Assembly (NCBI RefSeq): GCF_009914755.1 | Contig: NC_060927.1 | DNA from: the human T2T-CHM13v2.0 reference genome, Homo sapiens | Direction: 5' to 3' (one strand) | DNA: 64,000 bases | In this document: piece by piece, positions 43,339 through 59,919 of the stretch | How the letters are laid out: each line of letters opens with the position of its first letter | Numbering within the stretch: position 1 is the first letter of the stretch | Made by a program: the position numbers and the translations under genes | The notes under the pieces: generated by a model | The model's input: only the letters and a program-made list of their open reading frames with translations | Told to the model about the DNA's origin: nothing | The model's database searches: none

Positions 43339-43528
43339 TGCTTTCCACACCCCTCCTGCCTTCCCTCAGCTCACAACCCTATTGGGAGTCTAAAAAATAA
43401 TCAAAATATTTTTGTGTTGCTGCTAGCAGACAAACAGAAAATGAAACTATACGGAAAGTAATTTCTTAACAACCTAAACCATGTAAAAATTGCAATGTAA
43501 TTTTATTTGTATCACTTTCCAAAGATAG

Positions 43529-45532
<2,004 letters not shown>

Positions 45533-48500
45533 TATATATATGTCAGAATCATTGTCTATACTCTGTGCTGAGCAATAACTCAGGGCCTCAGGGACACTGA
45601 GGTAATTAACACTTGACAGTGTGACAATTCCTGCAGAGGTGTAATTGCAGCCCTCTCATTTTCAGCATTGCAAGATCCCTAATTGGAGATTATGGGCAGT
45701 GGTTTCTGGACCATTCTCCTCTCCCCTCTTAAAGTGAGCACACTTTCTTATCAGTGATTTTAGCAGATGTCCTATTTAAAGTCATATAAAAAGATTCCTA
45801 GGAAAGCAATCTTTGGTAAGATGGATTACAGAGAGAGCATAAAAGAAGAAAGGAATTTATTTAAGTTCTTGCCTCCATTTCTTACTAATTTAGTAAGATT
45901 TCAGTGGTTATTCCTTTACTGAGTAAAATACTTTCAGTAATAATTGCCTGTTGATTTCATAGGGCTATGGAGAGAAACAGAAGAAAGGAAACGTGAGCCA
46001 AAAAGTATACTACAAATAGATGGTTATTTTTATACCTCTCTCCCATTCTTTTTTCAGAAATATAGCACCTTCATTACAAGGCTCTGAGACACTCTTGCTA
46101 TAGAAAAGACAAAGATAGCTGAAAGGATGATCCTTACCCACCCGGATATCACCCGAGTTGGGATTATTAAATAAGGCACTGAGAACTCCTAGTTGAGAGC
46201 ATGTGCTCCTTCTAGAGCGACAGGAACAGATGACTTCATCTAGGAAAAAGCACATTAAGCCAACATGAAAACAGGCAAGGAATAGACAGGAGATATAGTT
46301 TGTTTATGTTTGTTCAACCTGGGGTCTCTTCTTAGGTTAAATTCAAGCCTTCTAAAACTATTCTTCATCTCAAATCAGAGAGGTATTGTCAAGATTAGAG
46401 GAAGTGAGAGAACTGAGAAGCCACACAAAGAATGATGCTCTTTATAAAGACATTAGCAACTGCAGCAGGCTCTTTAAGCATATTGATGCTGAATCACCTT
46501 AAATTCTACAAATACACATCTTCATGATAAATGTAGTTGATGAGGATTACATATTTAATATTGGACTTTTCAGAGATGGGTGCTCTTCGGGTACTGATAA
46601 ATGCATCTCTGTGCGTGCTTACATTTATTGTATGGGAAGCTTCTATAGTCCTCCATTATTTGTGGAGGTTTAGTAATGCATTATAAAGTCTTGTGTTAAT
46701 GAGAGCTAGCTAGATAGATGGATAATTTGGACTTAAATTGACAGTTTCAAATGACAGACTAATTAGATAAGCAAGCAGCACCTCTTACAAGAATGGTGTC
46801 TTACCAAAGCTTAGTGCTGTCTGCCTCTGCTACAAGTTATATATACTCTGTGGAAAGTAATTTCTTAACAAAATAATATATAGATTGCAATGAGATTTTA
46901 TCTGCATCACTATTCAAAGACAGGACCTAATACTCTTACATTTATGTCAGGGTCTTTACCTATATTCTACAATTTCAATTGTGCCAAGATACATCAGCAG
47001 GATAGACATTCTGTGCTACTTGTACAGGGTGGTTACATCTTAGTTACCCAGAGTTCATATCTAGCTATAGTACAGAGCCATGTCCTGAGGCCATTTACTA
47101 AGAAGTCTATGTCTTAAAGCTAACTGGCCCAGGTAAGAAACGAAACGTCTAGCCTTAGTGTCAAAAACAGGAAGTTATAACCAATTGTGCTAACCTGCTA
47201 ACACTAACTACTAAAATTTAGCTAAGGAGAACTATGACATTCTTCAATCTCAATATGTAATAATGTTTACGTTTATTTCTTCTAGAGGACTGTACTTACA
47301 TTAGTAGCAAGCCTAATTTTTACAGATTTATTTCATTCTTTGGCTGGTTTAAATAATTTTTCACTTAAAATGAACTGTATATTGTTATTATTTTGATTTC
47401 TAGGAATATAATCAAGCCTGTTTTGTCCATTTACTTCATAATATTAGGCACACACACATATACAGATCCACACACCTACATACTCGTGTCATAGCAGGAC
47501 TATAAGAAGACGTTGCAGGGATCTATGTATATAGCAGGTAGTCTTTTTAAATCACATTCTTTCTGGGAACTTACTTTCACCTGCCAATTCAATTTCCTTT
47601 CAAATTACATTTGATGGTTTCTTTCCCTCGATTCTTCTATATGTCTCTGATTTCTGATCCACTAGCTTTCCTATAATTTTTTTCAACTCAACATATCCAG
47701 CAGAGGCATTTTATTACCAGGCAAAAACAATATTTCTCCACCTTTTTTCTTTAGTACCTCTAGCTGAACTGACAGGGTACTTTATAGAAATGAACTTTGC
47801 AAGAAGAATCAGGGGCATCAAAAACCTTGTCAGAGCATGTACACTCTTGCAATTAGGTTAAGAGGAAAAAAATAAAACCTGTTGAGCCTTTGTAACAATA
47901 TAGCCAACAACTCAGATTTCTGCCAAGCTTCTATTTGAAAGATTTTCTTTAAAAAAAAAAAAAAACTCTACCTACTTATGATCAGAAATGTAGGAGAAGA
48001 AGAGATTCTTTATTTTCATCTTCCATTTTGAAATTACTCTTTCAAAGCATCCTTTCCATCCAGTGGAACATGGAAAGGATATGAATCCATGACTGGCTAC
48101 TCAGTTACCTATATGGCTATAAAGGAAGCTTAGGGAACTGAGAATGTATTTTCAATATTTCAGAGAATTTAATGAAAATTTCTGATTTCCAAGATTGGCA
48201 CATGTAGACTGACTAAAACTTGCATGGACTATAATACATTAACCTGAGGACGTTATTCAGTTTCCTTCATGGTCATTAGAAATTCTGACTTCTGTTTTAT
48301 GTGTCTGTAAATTTAACATGAAAAGACAAGAATTTTCACTGCATAATATTTTTTGCTTCATGGGCATCATTTTACAAAATTTGTTCATTCAGAAATAAAT
48401 AATATAAGACTTCTTCATTGCTATAAAACTTGGAAAATGATAAATCTTTGAGACCCTGGTCATTAAACCTGACTTTGAAATTCCTTTAATTATACATATT

Positions 48501-50175
48501 TGAAACCTTCTTTAGAAGTCTCTTGGTTTCCTCTCAAACCACATGAGATATAGGCTCCTTCAAACACAGATATTAGTATATCTTTCTTTTCTATCCCTTA
48601 TATAAGCAGACTAGAATTCAGTATTCATCAAATGCAACTACTGACCAATAAGAACAAATTCACTTCTTAAAAATTCCAAGGGAAAAAACTAATACTATAC
48701 AAATCCATGTGTTACCTATTTCACCCCATTTCTATTGTACTCTGACTTAGCTACTGCTCTGTCTCCTATCTATATTCATCATCCATTCAGTCCAAACCAC
48801 AACACATGCTGTCTTATATTTTATTTATTTATTATTCCTATCAGTTCCTTGACTGAAATGTGTTTTCGTTTCTGTTCTTCTCCCCAACCTCATCATCACA
48901 AACTGTAGATGTTTTGCCCATCAGCATTATAAACACCTTTTGCTACTCTATATTTGGTACCCAGGTCTCTCTAGGATTGATAATATCTTTTCATTCCTAA
49001 AAAAAAGTTCCATCATGAGTAACTTTCTATTTGTATGTCCCAAATTTCTTCTTAGACATTATTTCTTAATTTTTTTTCTGCCGATTTTCTGGCCCTGCCT
49101 ATACAGTGCTCTGTGAAAATCCACACAGCAGCTGACAAAACAGAATCCTGCAAAGTGTGAACTATCCTAAAATAATGACACCACCAAAAACACCTTTCTC
49201 CCACTGAAATGTTTGAGACATAGCCATAAAAAGCATCCACTTCTATAGTTAGAAAACACTGATGTCAAGAGAAAGATATTCTTTCACAGGAATCAGAAAA
49301 AGGGCGAAAGAGTAATCCCCAAAGCTGGAAGCAGCCAGAATGTAACCATAATCACACAAAACCTGCTATAATTTTATGAAAAAAGTTTTCAAGTGGCTTT
49401 TTAAATGATAAAGCAAGAGCCTGAGATATGAGTGAATTGTCTAGACACAAAACGAAGTGTCAAATATATGCAGCTTCTACACTCTAAAAGCCTAGTGGGA
49501 GCTGTGAAAGCCATCAGTCAAATAAACACTCAAAAGGTGGGGAGAGGAAGATTTAGCAAAGAGTTGAAACTTATAACCTTGGAACCAATGTGCTCCGGAA
49601 GGAGTTAGTGAATGTCACATACTGCACAAATCCTGAATCTGAATTCATTAAAGATTAAGAAAAATCAGCAAATGTGCCACGAAAAAATCTATATAGAGGA
49701 GCAGAGCTTATGTGTTCATATGCAAAGGTAGGTTAGATAATGTATAACTAGTTGTAAGCACCCAATTAGGTAGCTCTGATCATTTCAACAGTAAATACTG
49801 ATTGTTAGGGGCAGGAAGTAGGTGAGTTGGATAAACCATCAGGGCAAACCTAAAAGGTGACTAGCCAGGAAAAAGTAAGATCATGCCAAGTGTTTGCATC
49901 AGCTTTTTCTGTGTCAAGGCCGTTATAAGCATGCAACCAACAAATTCCAAAAGTATCTGTAGGCAAATTATTTCTTGCTGCATCAAAGTACACCCTTTGA
50001 GAAGAGCTCTGGGTTAGCTAACTAGGTAGTCTCCCCACACACACCCACTTTCTCCCATATCCAAAATTTTCTATCCCTTCACTGGTTTTATGCTCAGATC
50101 AGGTGTCACCCACCTGAAAATAAAAGTAAATGCCTTCCCTGAATTCTCATGCCTTTAATTCTTGCCCTAGTATTT

Positions 50176-50195
50176 TGTGTGTGTGTTGTATGTGT

Positions 50196-50250
<55 letters not shown>
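50176..50250. repeat. Compound (TG)n, perfect (TG)25 at 50201-50250
   Basis: Direct reading. Confidence 0.98.
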
Positions 50251-50253
<3 letters not shown>

Positions 50254-50646
50254 CCTTTCAGAGTTAAGCTTTTCAAGCATTCATACAAGCCTGGCTTCGT
50301 TTTGACATCAACACAGTCTGCACCCTGACATCAATTGACAGCACTCAACCAGCTCTAAATCAGGGAGTTTACTTCAATTTCTCTCCCTTTTGACCATGGT
50401 TATTCAGCATCTTAAAAGTTATTAAACTCTACTTTATTCTTCTTCCAAATATAGCTTTCTGATTCAAGCTGTTCTCCTCAGGAAAGCCCTTTTCTCATTC
50501 CCTTACCTTGTACTTACAAAAACAGCCTTCTTTGATTCCTTGTCTCTGGTTTCTGACCTATTCCACTCCATTATTCACACATGGCTGCCAAAATAATTTC
50601 CACAAACCTTTTCCATTTCACTCCTTTAATCAAATATTACAGAGGT

Positions 50647-51050
50647 GACTTCTGGTTAAACTTGGCAAATTGAATACATGCACTTATCTCCATTACTTCC
50701 TGAAACCCCATTAAAATGACAGTAAAGACATTTCAGAAAATATAGCTAGCAAGGACAATGAAAAAAGAAAGGGAAAAGGAGTGGGGGATGAATGTCCTCC
50801 AGTTTGGAGAAACTGAGAAGCAGAGGTAGGAGTGTCATCTGACTTAACAAGGTAAACAATGTACACACCAAAGAACTATGGGACATAGACACAAGTCAGA
50901 GCTTCAGAAAGTCTCTGTTAGTTGAACCACTAAAAAGAGTAAAAAACAAGAATGGGTGATTGGGTTGAAAATAAGAACTCTTATTAAAAATCTTCATAAG
51001 GAACAGTGAGACTCCTTTAGGTCTCCTCCTTTCTTCCAACTAATTCAAGC
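50647..51050 (+). mobile_element. HAL1-like 5' fragment
   Basis: gacttctggttaaacttggcaaattgaatacatgcacttatctcc...cctgaaaccccattaaaatgacagtaaag; visibly similar to 11992-12190. Confidence 0.55.
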
Positions 51051-53003
51051 AACAAAATGAATAGAGGTTAGGTAGTCAAAAACCATAGAGATCCACTATA
51101 GGATCTGCACTGTAAAAATAAATATGTACAATTGGCAACTTTAAATATATTAGTCTATTAGAGCACAGCAACATCTTCATTAGCTTCTACTCCAACACCG
51201 GGTATAAGGATGAAGAGATGTTGGCCTATCCACGAAAGTGCCTTGCTCAAGTTCACTGTCTAGTCGAGGACAATACTAGTATTTACACATAGGCCTCTTG
51301 ACTCCTGATCCAGTGCTCTAAAGTGGCTTTGCAGCTATAAGCCTTAAGATTATAGGATGAGAAAATGTGTTCAAATCAGAATGTCATCTTGGTGATAGTA
51401 AGGAGTAGAGGGTAAGAATGAGTTTTCTCTGTAGCAGCTATAGGAGATGATATTTTTAAATGACTGGCTTCAGGTCTTTAGATAGATAGTTCCAGAGTCT
51501 GAAATAACAATTTATCAGCTTACTTTTGCCAGAAAGGATATCAATTTTCTTTGATGAGATGGAATATGTGGGAAGAAATCATAAGCTTTATTTTATCTCC
51601 TAAGCTGAAATAACTTTCAATGCCAATGCTTTCCAATCCCCCTACCTCAAGACCCTCCATACCCTGATCACCTGCCAGGTTCTAATAGGTCTCAGGCAAA
51701 GTGGATTTCCTACTATGAAATAACTCTGATTTATGAGTCCGTCTCTATGACTTGTTTATCATGCCTCAGCTTACCAGAGACTGATTACATCATGGTGAAT
51801 TCATAGAATTGAATGCCTTTTTCTGTGAACCTGAGTAAAGACACCTGAACCAAAGAGCAACTGCCAACCTGGCCTGAGAGAGTCAAGAACTCCCACCCTG
51901 ACCTTCATCTTTCAATTCCTACTGCCTCAGTCATGAATTTTTGGAGCTGCTCTACTCTCCTTTCTCACTATTTCCCAATAGCTAGAACCATTTATTTCCT
52001 GACTAAATCTGGCTTATTCCTCTATGTTTTCATAACTTTGTTGAAGTTATCCTGTAATCCTTTTGAGGCTAAGTTCAAATTCCGTTTATGCAAATAGCAG
52101 CACCTACTTATTCTGATCATTTCTTTATGAGACCTCCCTCTGTGGAAGCCTGAGATCTAAACCCCAGTCCACTACTCACGTGTTTGGACAAGCTAGTTTA
52201 CCTCTGTGAATTTCAGTTTCCTCAATTATGAAACAGGAACAACTCCATATACTTAAGGGAGAGGTGTAAGAATTGAGACAATAAATATGAATGACCTTGG
52301 CAAGACACATCACTAGTAAATTTTTGCTCCTACAGCTAGAGTACAATGGTGTACATCAAAATAGAATGGTGACATTTCATGAAAACTGGAATTAGAAGTT
52401 CCAGAACAAGCACTGTTAACTGGGTAAATGACTCAAGGTAAGTAACTCATTTTCTCTGATTTCCATTTGTATCATCTGAAAAATGTATTCATTAAACAAA
52501 TATTTGTTTTGAGACTGCTATGAGCCAGGCAACATTTGAGCGTCTTGGGAAACATTAATAAGCAAAACAGGCAAGGATCACTGCCCTCATGGGAGAGGAG
52601 TGACTATAAAACCTACCTCACAGTATAATTGTGAAGATTAAGAGACATGATTAAAGTGAAAGTGCTTTATAAATAGAGATGTGTTACACTGATGTTAGTT
52701 ATTGTTGCTTGCCTTGGTAGAATCATAAGCTAGAGTGTTCTAGTATGTAAGATTTAATCAATCTCATTCTAGAGATAAGGAAACTGAGACTTAGCTGTGA
52801 GTGGCATACAGGATCACACAGCCATAGAGTTAGTGCTACAATTTGAGTCTCCTACCTACCACAGGAGTCCTCTTTCTCCCCCATCATAGCACCTCATTCA
52901 GTGGGGTACCAAGTGTGCAGTGATGGGCAGGTGAGGGCAAAAAGAGTGAGCATTGTAAAAATATAGAAGTAATATCACAACCAAGTAAAAATTGGCCTGC
53001 TTT

Positions 53004-53506
53004 CAGGATTCAAACAGATATTTGTATACCAATGTTCATAATAGCATTATTCACAATAGCCAAAAGGTAAAAACAACCCAAATATCCATTGACAGATGAA
53101 TGGATAAACAAAATGTGGTATGTAAATCAATGGAGTATTATTTAGACTTAAAAATAAATGAAATTCTGATACATGCATGTACAAGATGGATGAACCTGAA
53201 GGATATTATGCTAAGTGAAATAAGCCAGACACAAAAGGACAAATATTGTATGACTCCACTTATATGGGATACCTAAAATAGCCAAATCACAGGAACAGAA
53301 AGTAGAATGATGACTGTCAGGGCTGGGGAGAGGAGGAAATAGGGAGCTACTGTTTAATGGCTACAGAGTATCAGAATTAGACGACGTAAAAGTTCTGGAG
53401 ATGGATAGTGATGGTTGCACAACAACGTGAATCTACTGACTGCCACCAAACTCTATACTTAATATGATTAAATTATGCTATATATATTTTACTACAATAA
53501 AAAAGG
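53004..53506 (+). mobile_element. L1MB (L1MB3-like) 3' end nested in MER97
   Basis: caatgttcataatagcattattcacaatagccaaaagg...gttctggagatggatagtg; TSD-like aaaaattggcctgcttt / aaaaatggtttgtttt. Confidence 0.88.
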
Positions 53507-53882
53507 AAAAAATGGTTTGTTTTTATTAGCAAACCAGCAATTTTAAACAATGTCAGCAAAATACTCCATCCCCCCAAAATCTTTTGTTTCCTTTAAGTTC
53601 TACAAAATTGTTACACTTACTGTTATAATTTAACTAGATAAATACATAATATAGATATAGATGTGTATATAATTGTGTATAAAATGATGCAGTTATATTT
53701 TTACAAAATATATAAATATGCACATTTTATGCTTCAAATTATTAGCATTTTTATTGTGTTTTAACAAACCTTGCATACTACATGAAAGTTAATTTGGAGG
53801 AATCCCAGTCTCCAACATATGCAGACTCAGCTACCTGTGCTCATTTTTGAAAGTAACTTCAGAGTAGCTAAGAATCATCCAA

Positions 53883-54189
<307 letters not shown>

Positions 54190-54323
54190 TTAAACACACT
54201 TCAGGCATAGTTTGTGTCTCTGACCCCTGCGATACTAAGATTACCGAATGTAAACTAGATTTAAGACTACTAATAATAACATAGTGATTGATTGTAAGGA
54301 CAAATAAATGGAACTCAGGTTAA

Positions 54324-54618
54324 TTTATTTTTTCTCTTTTTGAGACGGAGTCTTACTCTGTTTTCCAGGCTAGAGTGCAGTAGCACAATCTTGGCTTACT
54401 GCAATCTCCACCTCCTGGGTTCAAGTGATTCTCCTGCCTCAGCCTCCTGAGTAGCTGGCACTACAGGCATGCAGCACCACTCCTAGCTAATTTTTGTATT
54501 TTTTAAGTAGAGATGGGTTTCACCATGTTGGCCAGGGTGGTTTCGAACTCCTGACCTCAGGTGATCTGCCAACCTCGGCCTCCAAAAATGCTGGGATTAC
54601 AGGCATGAGCCACCACCT
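54324..54618 (-). mobile_element. AluS (Sx-like), antisense
   Basis: Antisense dimer with cctgacctcaggtgatc; first few bases missing, no clear TSD. Confidence 0.92.
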
Positions 54619-54965
54619 GCGTTGACCACTTGGAATTTTTGTTTATGTTTTAAGTTTAAAACAGTGAAACAGAATATAAGCTGCAAAGTGTAATATTTTT
54701 ATTTGTTAGTGCAAATCCTAATTATATGTGTATATTTCTTTCTCTTTAACGTTATTACTGAAAATGAAGTTAAAATATATGGCAGAAAGAAGGGTGTTGA
54801 AAAATGGTCTGCTGCAGGTATCAAATATGTTAAATACAGCAATACCTTAATAAACGCCTAATGACAACAGTGAGTGAATGAATAAACTCAAAATGCAAAT
54901 AATAATGCCAAAAACATATCTAATCCTCATTTGAAATAAATAAATCATGTACTTTTGGAGGAAAT

Positions 54966-55272
54966 TGTTATTATTACTATTATTATTTTGAGGCAGAGTC
55001 TTGCTCTGTCACCCAAGCTGGAGTACAGTGACGCGATCTCAGCTCACTGCAACCTGGGCTTCCCAGGTTCGGGTGATTCTTATGCTTCAGCCTCCCAAGT
55101 AGCTGGGATTACAGGCATGCACCACCTCACCCAGCTAATTTTTGTATTTGTAGTAGAGATGGGTTTTTGCCATGTTGGCCAGGCTGGTCCTGAACTCCTG
55201 GGCTCAAGTGATCCACTTGTCTTGGCCTCCCAAAGTGCTGGGATTAGGGGTGTGAGCCACCACGTCAGGTCC
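54966..55272 (-). mobile_element. AluJb/AluSz6-like
   Basis: gaactcctgggctcaagtgatcc; (TTA)n tail; TSD tggaggaaat at 54956-54965 and 55273-55282. Confidence 0.9.
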
Positions 55273-55723
55273 TGGAGGAAATGAAAATATTCGGAGATTC
55301 TACCATATGGCAACATCTCTAGCGCCACAGAAACACCAAAGGGAAGTATCATTTGAATGATTGTTTTTCTTTAGTCAGGTAATATATGTTTGAAGTATCA
55401 GCCATGCTTCTGAGTTCTCTGGCATGTCTTGTTACCAAGGAAAACGCACACATACCCAAACATTTGCACACTTTTTTCTATCAAGAATTTCCTAGTTTGG
55501 AACTACTACACGCAGTTTTCTTGATAGTTCCCTCAAAAGTTTGAAAGAAGAAAGAAGATACTACAAATTCCTTCAGTCAACCAGAAGTATTAATTAACTA
55601 GCACTCTTGAGTTGTGCCATTATAGATGAAATTTATAACGATGACTCCGAGGCACTCTGAAACATCGAAAAGTTAAATTATGTGCAACAAAATTTTGATT
55701 TTAAAATGGCCCTCACCGTGTTG

Positions 55724-55862
55724 TTTTAACAGCTTTATTGAGGTATGACTGATATACAACTAATCATACATACTTAATGTATACAACGATGAGTTTGGAC
55801 ATGTCTATACACTTGTGAAACTGTCACCATGATCAATGTAATAGATATATCCATCACCTTCA
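55724..55862 (-). mobile_element. Old L1M 3' terminal fragment
   Basis: ttttaacagctttattgaggtatgactga...atatatccatcacct. Confidence 0.75.
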
Positions 55863-57349
55863 AAAAAAAAAAAGATTCCAGTCTCATTCTGCTGATATAA
55901 TTAATGTTTTAATATCAATTATATTTTCCATCTTGGAAATAACAATGAAGCTATTCCTTTCCTGGAAAGATGGGTCAATTCTTCCTTTTCTCAGAATAAA
56001 GAAGAAAATTGGGTCACCATGGGAAGATTCAACAGACTACAAATTTAATGCCATACCACCTTCTCATACACACACTCCAGGATACATTTCAATCAATTAA
56101 AACAACCTTTAAAGTAAATGACTGGCTTTCATTTCATCTTTTTGAAGCATATGGTATATGAAATTTAATTGATTTTTCTTCTTTTTAGCGACTACTGCAG
56201 AGGAAAAGTGCTGTATACAGACCATGTAACTTGATTATTTGGATCTCTTTCAGTTTCTTTAAACAGTTACTATTTACCAACAGCGACAAGCTGACAGTGA
56301 ATATTGCCTTCAACCCTAAGGCCAGATAATATCACTCAGGAGGTCAAAACTAATATCTTGTGTTATGCACAGTAACTTCTAAGCTAGTGCACCACCAGGA
56401 TCCAAATCTCCTTCATTCGTAAAACAGTGTGGACACTTACCTTAAACTGCTAGAGAGACAATAGGCATCCAGGAACACTAGCCTTGCTGAGTATAGTATT
56501 GATTTGAAAAACAATGTTAGGTAGTATTTGTTTAGGCCTGGGAGGAGATTTCTTCAATTGGTAACCCACTGTGTCCCAAACATTGAATTATAAAAAGGAA
56601 TGTTTTATTTGGATCTGTATATTCTCAAAGAAACACAAATTATACTTTTTTAATGTAAAATTAAATGTACTCACAGTTCTTGTGGTGTGGTTTAAATATG
56701 TTTTCAGTATTTCCTCCAGAAATACACAGAGTGTAAAATGATTTGCACAGCTTGAGTTTCTTTTTTTTAATGACATAGAATTAACTCTGCTGACTTCATA
56801 AAACAAAACTAAATTAAGCCAGAATTACATTAATTTAAAAAAAAATAGCTGCATCAGCTAAGATAGCCTTAGTGGAAATATCCATTTTATGCTTTATTTA
56901 ACTCTGTGGAATTTCTCTCTCATTTAAGTCTAAATATTACACTGCTTTATTTGGATTTTTTTTTGTTTACTTATTAGTTTGGCAAAGGAGCAGTTTGGCT
57001 GATGCATTTTTTTCCTCTTTATGGATTCAAACATTCCAAAATATGAAGATCATTTGGACTGGCCAGGCCACTCAGAAAACAGAACAAAACAAAAGATAGC
57101 TTGTAGTAGAAGCAAAATTCTAAGACCTTTCATTTCCCTTTGGATGCAAAGATGTCCCATAAATATATAGTCAATGATACAGGTACCAAGTCCCTTCACA
57201 AGAATTCTCATAAATACGTAATCAGTAATACAGGTAAACAATCCATCCCCTTTCCTTAACAGAGTATTTCTGTCGGAGCCCACCTTAGAATCTTGCTCCA
57301 TGATTCAACATCATAACTAATCAAACAGGAGATTTTTCTCACTATTCTT

Positions 57350-57676
57350 TTTTTAATGTTATTGATGTTTCATTTATTTATTTGTTTGTTTGTTTTACTT
57401 TAAGTTCTGGGATACATGTGCTGAACGTGCAGGTTTGTTACATAGGTATACATGTGCCATGGTGATTTGCTGCACCTATCAACCCGTCATCAAGGTTTTA
57501 AGCCCCTCATGCATTAGTTATTTGTCCTAATGCTCTCCCTCTCCTTTTCCTCCACCCTCCAACAGGCCCCGGTGTGTGATGTTCCCCTCGCTGTGTCCAC
57601 GTATTCTCATTGTTCAACTCCCACTTATGAGTGAGAACATGCGATGTTTGGTTTTCTGTTCCTGCGTTAGTTTGCT
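57350..57676 (-). mobile_element. L1PA8-like 3' end
   Basis: gttctgggatacatgtgc...cacctatcaacccgtcatc.aggttttaagcccc; TSD ctattctt at 57342-57349 and 57675-57682. Confidence 0.92.
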
Positions 57677-57734
57677 ATTCTTAAAAAGCATTTTATGCTA
57701 AAAGTATAACTTGTATCCCCCTATCCTTGGTCAC

Positions 57735-58703
57735 TATGTCAGATATCCAATGCCACACAGTGTTGCATAACAAACCAAAACAAAACATCAGAGTCATACA
57801 ACAATTGTATATTGCTCATGCATCTGGAATTGTTGGCTAGGTGGCCCTGCTGATCTTGACTGGGAACATTCACATATCTTGGAGTTGCCTAGCTGTCAAC
57901 TCATTTAGGCTGCACTTGGCCAGGAAGACTAGGGCAACTCAGCTCTGCTGAGTACATTAGGCCAGTACATTAGGGTTCTATTGCTACTTAGCACATTGCC
58001 ACAAACTTAGCAACTTAAAACAACTCAAATATGTTATCTCACAATTTTGTAGGTGAGAAGTCTGGGTTGTCTTAGCTGGATTTTCTGTTCCAGGTTTTAA
58101 AACACTGAAATCAAGCTGTTGGCCATCTAGGCTCTTGTAAGGCTCTGGGAAGCATCTACTTCCAAGCTCATTCAGGTAGTTGTCATGATCTCTTTTCTTG
58201 TGGTTATCCATGACAGAGCTGGAAGCAGTGCACTGAATCCTTCTCATACCTGGAATCTCTTCATTTTCCCTTCTGCTCTATCTCTCTCTTCACCCATCTT
58301 CTGACTCCAGCCTAAGAAGATTCTCTGCTATTACATAGTGATCACGTTGGCTCCATCGATATAACTCAGGATAACCTCTTTATCTTAAGGTCTGTAACCT
58401 TTATTACAGAAATTTTTTTAAACATCCCTTTTGCTATGTATCATAACATATCCACAGATTCCAGAGATTAAAGTATGGACATCTTTGGGAGCTGTTCTAA
58501 CTATACCCAAGAATGCTGTCTTACAATGACAGAGGCATGGGAGAGGGTCAGCTTACTCACACCAGTACTTTTCAGTCTCCAGTGGTCAAATCAAGTTACG
58601 TTGTCTTGTCCAGTATCAGAGTGGAAGGGCACCACACAGTTACATGGCAAAGGATGTGGATACAAAGAGGCTAAGAATTGGGGCCATTGTTATGATCTAC
58701 CAT
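57735..58703 (-). mobile_element. MLT1H-like LTR with a nested MLT1D-like LTR (about 57965-58508)
   Basis: Outer: gttgcataacaaacc...gccctgctgatcttgactggg...ggcaaaggatgtggataca...gaattggggccatt; inner: ccacaaacttagcaacttaaaacaac...cttccaagctcattcaggt...tggacatctttggg. Confidence 0.7.
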
Positions 58704-58929
58704 AGACTCCTAAAGACAACAGAGTGATGGCAGTGTTTGGTATGTTAGCCATCTCCAAGCACCATGCAGTAGACAGGAGTAAATGTCTTCGCATCCTAGA
58801 AGTGGCCCATAATACAGAATCAGCTGTGCAATTACCAACAGCTTTAACACACCATAAGTAACTATTAGCCAAAGACTGCCTTGTCCCTCACTACTGGCTG
58901 GCATATGGCAGATGCTCAAAATAAAAATA

Positions 58930-59125
58930 ATATTTATGCTAATACCCTATGCCAGAAACTGCCCTAGGTAGTAAACATGTATTAACCCATAAAATTTTAT
59001 GAGGTAGATATTAGTATATCCTCTGTACATATACACTTTATAGATTATCAAACTGAAGAAAAACAATTATAAAACTTATCTAAGGTCACACAACTAGTAA
59101 GTGGTAGAGCTAGTATGCAGATCCA
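58930..59125 (-). mobile_element. MIR SINE
   Basis: aaacttatctaaggtcacacaactagtaagtggtagagctag. Confidence 0.75.
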
Positions 59126-59875
59126 GAAAGTAAATGAATATTTGATTTATTTTTTTTAAAAAAAAGGATCCATCTGAGATTCTCACAATTCTTTTGAGGT
59201 ATTGGATCACTTTGAGTTTCAAAAAAAAATTTGCATTAATAGTTTTGATTTTTAAAGCACCCTAAATGTTACATCACTGGATAACAGCCATCCATCAAGG
59301 ATAGATTCAATTAATCATCAATCATTCATTGAATTCATCCTATGTAAAGCTTCCAGATCAATGTTTTGGGGTTTTAAAGATGTCTTGCTGCCCTTGAGAT
59401 CACTAAAGTACATATTAGAAGCCTCAAGTATACCAGTGGGTATAGGTCTGTTGCTTAATAAAGGGGGTTTGGCTGAAGAAGACATATACACAGAATGAAT
59501 AAAAATACTTATACTATAAGTGTATGATGCGTGAAGGTGACTGGAACTCAGGAGTAGAGAGATTAAGGGCACCTTGTTAGAGAAGGTGGAATGTGACTAT
59601 AGACTTGAAGGGAGTCTGGAAAGTAAACAGAGTTTCCCCGAGAGGGGATTTATAACTTTATCCTAAAAACAATGTGTGTTCAGACCTGTGTTGCATTTGT
59701 GCCTCACTCCAGTCACTCATTCATTCATTTGAAACATATTTATTGAGTCTCAGGATTTGTCCAAGTCTTGAGGATATAACAAAAATGATATCCCAGCTCT
59801 TACAGAAAGTCTATTCAAGCAGAGAGGCAGACATTGTGGAAACAGTCACACCAAATAACTACGTGCAGTCAAGGA

Positions 59876-59919
59876 AATTAATATGATTCAGTAATCATAA
59901 TTAATATGATTCAGTAATC
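59876..59919. repeat. 23-bp period tandem duplication (aattaatatgattcagtaatc x2)
   Basis: Seen directly at 59876-59896 and 59899-59919. Confidence 0.9.
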
